This document shows, in pieces, positions 9,501 through 15,372 of a DNA stretch of 21,242 nucleotides (position 1 is its first letter; each line of letters begins with the position of its first letter). The stretch lies in contig JALTLO010000141.1 of assembly GCA_027001995.1 (NCBI GenBank), positions 1-21,242 of the forward strand, written 5' to 3'. The DNA is from Planctomycetota bacterium (GTDB taxonomy: Bacteria; Planctomycetota; GCA-002687715; DRQF01). Position numbers and translations under genes: made by a program. Below the pieces are notes generated by a model. That model was not told the origin of the DNA. It worked only from the letters and a program-made list of their open reading frames with translations, and searched no databases.

Positions 9501-12358
9501 GGAGATTTTCGTTTGCGGCGATTGGGTTTGCGAGGAGTAAGATGCTCCTTCATTGCCTGGGCGGTGAACGATTCCTTCTGCTTCACAAGGTCATCGAACG
9601 GTCCTTGAAATACGACCTGGCCCCCACCAGATCCACCTTCCGGCCCCAGATCCACGATCCAATCCGCGACTTTGACAACGTCAAGGTTGTGCTCCACCAC
9701 CACAACCGTGTTTCCAGCATCAACCAATCCTTGGAGAGCATTGAGCAGCTTTTCGACATCTTGAAAGTGAAGGCCCGTTGTCGGTTCATCAAGAAGATAG
9801 AGGGTGCGACCGGTTGCTGGACGACGCAGTTCACTGGCGAGCTTAACTCTTTGCGCTTCGCCACCAGAAAGTGTCGTGGCCGTTTGCCCCAAAGTGATGT
9901 ACCCCAAGCCAACAGACAAAAGAGCATCAAAGATGCGTTTGATCTTGGGATGATGGGCAAAGAAAGCGCTGGCATCCTCGACAGTCATCTCTAAGATGTC
10001 GAAAATGCTCTTGTCACGATAGGTAATTTCTAACGTCTCTGGGTTAAACCGTTGACCATTACAGTCTTCGCAAACCACTTCGACATCGGGCAAGAACTGC
10101 ATCGAGACGGTTTTGACCCCGGCTCCCGAACACGTTTCGCATCGCCCCCCAACAACGTTAAAAGAGAAACGACCTTTGACGTAACCCCGGGCCTTCGCCT
10201 CTTCGACTTGGGTAAAGAGCTCGCGAATGGGATCCCACACTTTGGTGTAAGTGGCGGGATTCGAACGGGGTGTGCGACCAATTGGGCTTTGGTCGATTTC
10301 GATGACCTTGTCAAAGTGCTCGAAACCTTTGATAGCCCGATGGGGCCCAGGTTTTGCCTTCGCTCCATGATAGTGAATGCTCAGAGCCCGCTTAAGGATG
10401 TCATCAATGAGCGTGCTTTTCCCTGATCCGGAAACGCCCGTAACAACAGTGAGAAGCCCAACAGGAAACTTGACGTCGATGTTCTTGAGATTGTGGTGCT
10501 TTGCTCCCAAGACTTGGAGGAAATCCTTGGCGGCTACCCTGCGCTCTTCAGGGATCGGAACAACGCGCCTGCCAGAGAGATAGTCGGCTGTGGCAGACCC
10601 CTTCATCGACAGGAGTTCCCGGAAAGTGCCAGCGCTCACAATTTCGCCACCGTGAACCCCCGCATCTGGTCCAACGTCGACAATGAAATCAGAGCGTTCC
10701 ATCATCTCTTGGTCGTGCTCGACAACCAAGACCGTATTGCCCAAGTCCCGAAGTTCTTCCAGAGTCTTGATCAGACGAGCATTGTCCCGGGCATGCAAAC
10801 CAATACTCGGTTCGTCCAAAACATAGAGAATACCCTTAAGCCGTGACCCGACTTGAGTCGCTAAACGAATTCTCTGAGATTCACCACCGGAGAGAGTAGC
10901 CGCGCTACGATTCAGATTGAGATAACCGAGTCCTACGGAACTCAAGAAAGTCAGACGACCATGAAGCTCTTTGACAATAGGCTTGCCAATCAGCGCATCG
11001 TTGCCACTGAACTCAAGGTCAGTAAAGAACGCCGTCAATTCATCAATTCCAGCAGCCGCTAACTCCGCGATGCCTTTGTCTCGAAAGCGCACAGCCCGGG
11101 CAAATTCATTCAGTCGGCTTCCCTGGCAGACATGGCAGGTCACATTGGCAAAAAAGCGCTCCATATGCTTAGCGGGTTTCGCAGCGAATTGATCACGCAA
11201 ACCAGGAAGGAGGCCGATGAGGGGTTTCTTCTTTGACGACTTAAGCTGCCAATTCTTGCCCTGGTAGGCCATCTTCAAGGGGATGACTTCCCCCTTGGAA
11301 CCATGAAGAATGGCTGATCGCGTATCGAGGTCGATTTCCTCCCACGGTTGTTCCATGTCAAAACCGTAGTGCTTGGCAATACTTGGCATTGACATCATGG
11401 AAACGTTGCCATAATCGCGGAGCTGAGAATTCCCCAGAGGAGCTAAGGCACCTTTGGCGATGCTCAGCCCTGGCTCGGGAACAACCAAATCTTCGTCAGC
11501 ATCGTGAAGAATGCCCAATCCGTCACAATGAGCGCAAGCACCGTGAGGAGAGTTGAATGAGAAAAGCCTTGGTTCTAAGTCAGGAAAAGTCTTAGAGGTA
11601 GCCAAAGAAACCATCTTCGATGAGAAAGTAAGATGATTCTCACCAAGGAGGACTGCCATCACCCCAGCACCCAATTTCAGAGCGGCCTCAATCGCCTCGG
11701 CCAAACGGCTTGCTTTCCCAGGGGAAACCTTGATGCGGTCGATGACCACTTCAATCGTGTGGCGAACATAGCGGGCCAGTTTGATCTCTTCATCTAACCT
11801 TCGCAATTCGCCATCGATACGAACGCGGACGTAACCCCGGAGGCGCAGGTCTTCCAGTTCTTTGCGATATTCACCCTTGCGGTCTTTGACGATAGGCGCC
11901 AAGACAGTCAATGACTTGTTGGGATGCTCGGCGAGGAGGCGGTCGCGAATTTGGTCCGCGGATTGAGCTCGGATTTCTTCACCTGTCTCCGGGCAATAGG
12001 GTGTTCCTAAGCGTGCGAAGAAGAGGCGTAAATGGTCGTAGACCTCTGTCACCGTTCCTACTGTTGACCGTGGATTCCGATTGACAGTCTTCTGATCGAT
12101 GGAAACTGTGGGTGACAAGCCATCAACGTGATCAACTGCGGGTTTGGCTATTTGCCCCAAGAATTGCCGGGCGTAAGAAGACAAGGACTCGAGGAAACGC
12201 CTCTGCCCTTCATTGTGGATAGTATCGAAAGCCAGGGAAGACTTACCCGATCCCGACACGCCGGTCACCGTCGTCAGCGAACCCCGAGGGATTGCCACAT
12301 GGACGTTCTTCAGGTTGTTTTCCCGGGCTCCCCGGACAATGATTTCGCTGTGACCCAT
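6551..12358 (-). CDS. uvrA: Double-length excinuclease ABC subunit A (two complete UvrA units fused, about 1935 aa)
   Basis: Four Walker A motifs (GVSGSGKS, GVSGSGKS, GPSGSGKT, GVSGSGKS), four LSGGE signatures and four LDEP Walker B motifs. UvrA-specific motifs are duplicated (EGQRRF, RNPRSTV, FSFNS, SNPATYT). Start placed at ATG 12358 (MGHSEIIVRGARENNLK); the ORF track extends to 12397. Confidence 0.96.
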   Translation of the reverse strand: MGHSEIIVRGARENNLKNVHVAIPRGSLTTVTGVSGSGKSSLAFDTIHNEGQRRFLESLSSYARQFLGQIAKPAVDHVDGLSPTVSIDQKTVNRNPRSTVGTVTEVYDHLRLFFARLGTPYCPETGEEIRAQSADQIRDRLLAEHPNKSLTVLAPIVKDRKGEYRKELEDLRLRGYVRVRIDGELRRLDEEIKLARYVRHTIEVVIDRIKVSPGKASRLAEAIEAALKLGAGVMAVLLGENHLTFSSKMVSLATSKTFPDLEPRLFSFNSPHGACAHCDGLGILHDADEDLVVPEPGLSIAKGALAPLGNSQLRDYGNVSMMSMPSIAKHYGFDMEQPWEEIDLDTRSAILHGSKGEVIPLKMAYQGKNWQLKSSKKKPLIGLLPGLRDQFAAKPAKHMERFFANVTCHVCQGSRLNEFARAVRFRDKGIAELAAAGIDELTAFFTDLEFSGNDALIGKPIVKELHGRLTFLSSVGLGYLNLNRSAATLSGGESQRIRLATQVGSRLKGILYVLDEPSIGLHARDNARLIKTLEELRDLGNTVLVVEHDQEMMERSDFIVDVGPDAGVHGGEIVSAGTFRELLSMKGSATADYLSGRRVVPIPEERRVAAKDFLQVLGAKHHNLKNIDVKFPVGLLTVVTGVSGSGKSTLIDDILKRALSIHYHGAKAKPGPHRAIKGFEHFDKVIEIDQSPIGRTPRSNPATYTKVWDPIRELFTQVEEAKARGYVKGRFSFNVVGGRCETCSGAGVKTVSMQFLPDVEVVCEDCNGQRFNPETLEITYRDKSIFDILEMTVEDASAFFAHHPKIKRIFDALLSVGLGYITLGQTATTLSGGEAQRVKLASELRRPATGRTLYLLDEPTTGLHFQDVEKLLNALQGLVDAGNTVVVVEHNLDVVKVADWIVDLGPEGGSGGGQVVFQGPFDDLVKQKESFTAQAMKEHLTPRKPNRRKRKSPKDMSVEGALVIEGASTNNLKSIDVTIPTGSFTVITGPSGSGKTSLAFDTIFAEGQRRFVESLSAYARQFLGRLEKAPVERIEGLAPAIAINQKNVSRNPRSTVATTTEIYDYLRLLFARIGKPHCPSCRKELRPWSPAAIWKKIKTQEGSKAYLVAPLFSKSLGCDLAFKKASELKTNAQEFVQQGFLRALVDGKEIRLDQALPPLSRAKEVCLVLDRIKMSAKMRVRVLESVAQAFEHGGGIFGYATTDGEVSWFTEEKVCTEHGRVIPEEFTPRMFSFNSHHGSCPTCSGLGMVRRCDPDLLIDAPEKPILKGAMTSKVGRFFKRKSYYRKAIKGVAKVVGFDVDESWCDLSPEAQQAILYGVDERVSLRMQKARKGESRSMVMKVTWPGLARYVERWFGESDSDKWREEVAKLMSAKDCKECLGKRLRKESLAVTIADKNIADTTLLTVEEAHAFFSKIKLSATDKKIAERPLKEVQDRLRFLVEVGLDYLGLDRRATTLSGGEAQRIRLATQIGSGLTGVLYVLDEPTIGLHQRDVARLLGTLDELKDLGNTVIVVEHDEDTMAKADHIVDIGPGAGHQGGEVVFSGPRSKLLKNPDSLTAAYLNGQKSVPIPGVRRKGNGKVIKLTSCRTNNLKDMDVKIPLGCFVGVTGVSGSGKSSLIVNTLVPALEKTLKRKSSSIAKYKAIRGANRVSDLVVIDQAPIGKTPKSNPATYTGCFDHIRAVFATATMAKMKGFKPGRFSFNAKGGRCEVCAGRGSIQVEMNFLADVWITCESCDGLRYNSETLLVEYRGKTISDVLSMEVSVAAEFFSNHRRIARILETLVDVGLGYLRLGQASNTLSGGEAQRIKLAKELSRRVHGDVLYVLDEPTTGLHFDDVAKLIRVLHRLTDQGHTVCVIEHNLDVAMSCDHLIDLGPSGGDEGGQIVAVGTPELLCKIKDSHTGKYLKTHMKKRRMTPKSSVAKKKSRSAKGANHGLSA

Positions 12359-12420
12359 GGGATTATGGCTCTTGGACGGATGCCCAGATTCACACATTTA
12401 CAAACTTAGTCAAACCAACG

Positions 12421-12426
12421 ATTATA
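12421..12426 (-). promoter_or_regulatory. Possible -10 element for the uvrA-xpb operon
   Basis: Perfect TATAAT on the minus strand about 63 nt upstream of ATG 12358. The matching -35 region is weak (TTTATG/TTATGG). Confidence 0.35.
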
Positions 12427-12552
12427 GAAAGTTCTGCCCATGCCCATAAAGGGGCGGACAAACAAAAAAACTGAGCGAATTGTCAGTGCTTGAGGGTGAG
12501 TCAGATCTCGAATCATGCAGATAATTGAGAATCTATTCAAGTCTATTTCGAA

Positions 12553-12713
12553 TGTTGACGATGATTAGGGTGCAAGCGACTCCGGTTGCGAAGCATCGAT
12601 CTTTCGAAGGACCCACTCGGTCACAAATATCAAATTCTTTACATGTAGAACCGATAGCTGGGCCTTCGATCGATCTGCTTTCCCCGCGCCTGGGGGCAAT
12701 CCCCCATCCAACA
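12553..12713. repeat. Long imperfect inverted repeat (rod-like hairpin, about 160 nt) of unknown identity
   Basis: Nested complementary blocks: TGTTG/CAACA, GATG/CATC, GGG/CCC, TGC/GCA, GCG/CGC, AAGC/GCTT, ATCGAT/ATCGAT, CGAAGG/CCTTCG, CCCA/TGGG, TCGGT/ACCGA. They surround a 28-nt AT-rich loop at 12622-12649. Confidence 0.7.
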
Positions 12714-12774
12714 ATCAATTGAGTTTTGTTAGTCGCTGGAGCGTTCTCGAACGATTCCCCCTGAGGAAGCGAGG

Positions 12775-12810
12775 GCCTTACTTCTCCCAAGCCTTACTTA
12801 TTCTCCCAAG
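12775..12810. repeat. Short tandem duplication of the arsC 3' end
   Basis: gccttac-ttctcccaag (12775-12791) and gccttac-tta-ttctcccaag (12791-12810) differ only by the arsC stop codon. Confidence 0.65.
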
Positions 12811-13202
12811 AGTAAATCGACCCGTTCTTTGATTTCATCTCGAATCCTGGCGAAGGATTCGAGGATTTCTTCTTCATCTCCCCCGGCCTCCGCCGGGTCT
12901 GGCAATGGCCAATGAACTCTCTTGATGTTGCTGAGCTCAAGAGGGAGATTCTCTTCAGCATGAGAGCACATGGAAACCACAAGATCCAATTCTGCTAGAG
13001 GCACATCGGAAACTTTGTTTGACGCCTGATCCCGTATGTCAACACCGCAATCATCCATAGAGACAATCGTTCTGGGGTTAATCCCTTGAGGTGCAGTGCC
13101 GGCGGAGAACACATGGTGACCCTGATCCAAATATTTCTTGCCAAATGCTTCGGCCATCTGGCTGCGGCAGGAATTGCCAGTACAAAGAAATAAGACGTTC
13201 AT
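12798..13202 (-). CDS. arsC: Arsenate reductase ArsC-like protein (LMW-PTPase fold)
   Basis: P-loop LFLCTGNSCRSQMAE, plus SAGT and HWPLPDP. The ATG overlaps the upstream stop (ATGA, 13199-13202). Confidence 0.8.
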   Translation of the reverse strand: MNVLFLCTGNSCRSQMAEAFGKKYLDQGHHVFSAGTAPQGINPRTIVSMDDCGVDIRDQASNKVSDVPLAELDLVVSMCSHAEENLPLELSNIKRVHWPLPDPAEAGGDEEEILESFARIRDEIKERVDLLLGE

Positions 13203-14053
13203 TGATTGAATTCTCCAGCAGCTGCTATTTCATCTCGCAAAAAACCTGCGATCGTTGGGTTGCCGGCAACTATCTCGCCACCAAACAGCCAATTTGAACC
13301 ATCCGAGAAGTCGGAAACAACGCCCCCAGCTTCCCGCACCAAAATTGCTCCTGCCGCCACGTCCCAAGGGGAAAGGTGTAGTTCCCAAAACCCATCGTAG
13401 CGCCCGCAAGCGGTATAAGCCATGTCCAACGCCGCGCTACCGCAACGTCTGATGGCTCGAGCCTTCTTAATCAACTTGGCGAAATGATCAAGATTGTCAT
13501 TCTCAAGCTCATCCACTTTGTAGGCAAACCCCGTGGCCAACATAGCATCGATCATGGCTTGGGTTTTTGTCACATGAATAGGACTTCCATTCAGGGTGGC
13601 ACCCTGGCCATGGCCAGCCAAGAAAAGCTCATCAAGTTTCGGGGCAAAGATGCACCCAGCAATGGGCTTACCGTCAAGAAGAACCCCTAAAGACACAGCA
13701 AACATCGGTATCTGGTGGACGAAGTTGGTGGTTCCATCCAGAGGATCCACGATCCAGCGATAACCTCGATCACTTGAGATAGAACCCCCATGACTCCCAG
13801 ATTCTTCCGCTAAGCAAGAATGATCGGGAAAAACCTTGGCAATTTCTTCCAAGATATAGGCTTCGGAAGCACGATCAGCCTTGGTGAGCAAATCTCTGGA
13901 ACCTTTGAAGTCCACATCTTTGTCTTCGAGTTGGCCCAAATGATCCATCAGAATGGAACCGGCAGAACGACCAATTCGCTCCAGATGGAGTAAGAGCAAG
14001 GCTATTTCTTCTTGTTCTGGCACGAGCCCTTCTCTTTCATTTTCTGCCACCAA
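13199..14053 (-). CDS. suhB: Inositol monophosphatase family protein (SuhB-like)
   Basis: Motifs LAEES, WIVDPLDGTTNF, RRCGSAALD and WDVAAG. The start is uncertain (TTG 14053, GTG 14050 or GTG 14023). Confidence 0.88.
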   Translation of the reverse strand: MVAENEREGLVPEQEEIALLLLHLERIGRSAGSILMDHLGQLEDKDVDFKGSRDLLTKADRASEAYILEEIAKVFPDHSCLAEESGSHGGSISSDRGYRWIVDPLDGTTNFVHQIPMFAVSLGVLLDGKPIAGCIFAPKLDELFLAGHGQGATLNGSPIHVTKTQAMIDAMLATGFAYKVDELENDNLDHFAKLIKKARAIRRCGSAALDMAYTACGRYDGFWELHLSPWDVAAGAILVREAGGVVSDFSDGSNWLFGGEIVAGNPTIAGFLRDEIAAAGEFNQ

Positions 14054-15372
14054 TCCATGCGAGTCCCGATGTCCTTCTCAAAGCCAAAAGGTGAGGGTTG
14101 GTAATAAACCGTGCCCTTCTTCTTTTCTGGCAGATAATCTTGATCTACCACCCCTTCATCAAAATCATGGGGATACAGGTAGTCTTTCCCGTATCCTAAC
14201 GACTTCATGTGAGCTGTGGGTGCGTTTCGCAGATAGATCGGGACTTCAAAAACATCGCCATTCTTGATGTCCGCCTGAACCGCCTTAAAAGCAGCGTAAA
14301 TGGCATTCGACTTAGGAGCTGTGGCCATATAGACGGTAGCTTCAGCCAAAGCCAACTCACCTTCGGGCTTACCCATCAATTGAAAACTCTCTCTTGCAGC
14401 CAGAGCAATTGTAAGAGCCTGGGGGTCGGCCAACCCTACGTCTTCAGAGGCGAAACGGATGATTCGTCGGGCAATCCAAAGTGGGTCTTCGCCGGAAGCT
14501 AACATCCGCGCTAACCAATAGAGAGAAGCCTGAGGGTCTCCACCGCGCATGGACTTATGGAAAGCACTCATGACGTTAAAATGGTCTTCCCCAGACCGAT
14601 CATAGCGCAGGCGCCCATCGGAGAGAGCACGGTCGACAGCGGCAGCATCCAAGAGCGAACGCCCCAAGTGCCCGCGGGATTTCTCCCGTTTGAGTAGGGC
14701 CTCTAATGCATTCAAGCTACTCCTAGCATCCTTTGCCGAACGCCTTACTAAAGTATCCACGGCATCATTGGACAATGCGATGTTCGTCGGCAAGTCGAAA
14801 CGCTTAGGATCATCAAGGGCCCTCCGGATCAACTGCTGAACGGATACGTCATCCAAGGGATTCAGAGTAAACAGTTGACAACGAGATAAGAGAGCCGCAT
14901 TGAGAGCGAAAGAAGGATTTTCGGTAGTCGCCCCGATAAGGACGACGGTCCCATCCTCCACATGAGGCAAGAAAGCATCTTGCTGACTCTTGTTGAAACG
15001 ATGAATCTCGTCAACGAAGAGAATCGTCCCTACATGTTCAATCTGTCTGTGGTACTTAGCTTCAGTCACCACCTCCCGCACCTGCTTCACCCCAGACAAG
15101 ACGGCACTAAAGGCCACGAAACGCAAGCCAGTTCGCCGGGAAATAATACGGGCGATTGTCGTCTTGCCTGTCCCTGGGGGCCCCCAGAGAATCATGGACG
15201 GCACATGATCCTCTTCGATCAGATCCCGCAGCAAAGATCCCCGCGCCACCAGCTCATCTTGGCCAAGGACGTCTTCAAAATCTTGGGGGCGCATGCGTTC
15301 TGCAAGAGGTTGGCTGTCGGGCAACGGCTCTTCAGAATCTTCCGTGTCATCGAAAAGCCCTGCATGACTCAT
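14002..15372 (-). CDS. rarA: Replication-associated recombination protein A (RarA/MgsA AAA+ ATPase)
   Basis: Motifs PLAERMRP, GPPGTGKTT, FVDEIHRFNKSQQD, GATTENP, SAFHKSMRG and ASEDVGLADP. ATG 15372 forms an ATGA overlap with the dacB stop. Confidence 0.94.
   Translation of the reverse strand: MSHAGLFDDTEDSEEPLPDSQPLAERMRPQDFEDVLGQDELVARGSLLRDLIEEDHVPSMILWGPPGTGKTTIARIISRRTGLRFVAFSAVLSGVKQVREVVTEAKYHRQIEHVGTILFVDEIHRFNKSQQDAFLPHVEDGTVVLIGATTENPSFALNAALLSRCQLFTLNPLDDVSVQQLIRRALDDPKRFDLPTNIALSNDAVDTLVRRSAKDARSSLNALEALLKREKSRGHLGRSLLDAAAVDRALSDGRLRYDRSGEDHFNVMSAFHKSMRGGDPQASLYWLARMLASGEDPLWIARRIIRFASEDVGLADPQALTIALAARESFQLMGKPEGELALAEATVYMATAPKSNAIYAAFKAVQADIKNGDVFEVPIYLRNAPTAHMKSLGYGKDYLYPHDFDEGVVDQDYLPEKKKGTVYYQPSPFGFEKDIGTRMDWWQKMKEKGSCQNKKK

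Noticed and set aside
9480..9540. uvrA as two separate genes or an assembly duplication
   Set aside because: The frame is continuous, the ATG at 9493 has no convincing SD, and the two halves are clearly diverged in sequence.
4050..11192. Many 100-270 aa plus-strand ORFs (e.g. 5581-6405, 7751-8440, 9335-9994)
   Set aside because: They lie antisense to well-supported genes and have no motifs, as is typical of shadow ORFs.
12433..12470. TCTGCCC...GGGCGGA hairpin followed by an A-run as a terminator
   Set aside because: The A/U tract is on the wrong side for termination on either strand, and the hairpin overlaps the putative promoter spacer.
12553..12713. Calling the long hairpin an integron attC, tRNA, SRP RNA or 6S RNA
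   Set aside because: The ends are not in the RYYYAAC...GTTRRRY arrangement. There is no cloverleaf or T-loop, no SRP GGAA tetraloop domain and no clear central bubble. Left unnamed pending a covariance-model search.
12533..12790. 85-aa minus-strand ORF in the arsC-uvrA gap
   Set aside because: It starts at a TTG inside the short duplication, has no recognisable motif, and coincides with the long hairpin. It cannot be excluded but is unsupported.
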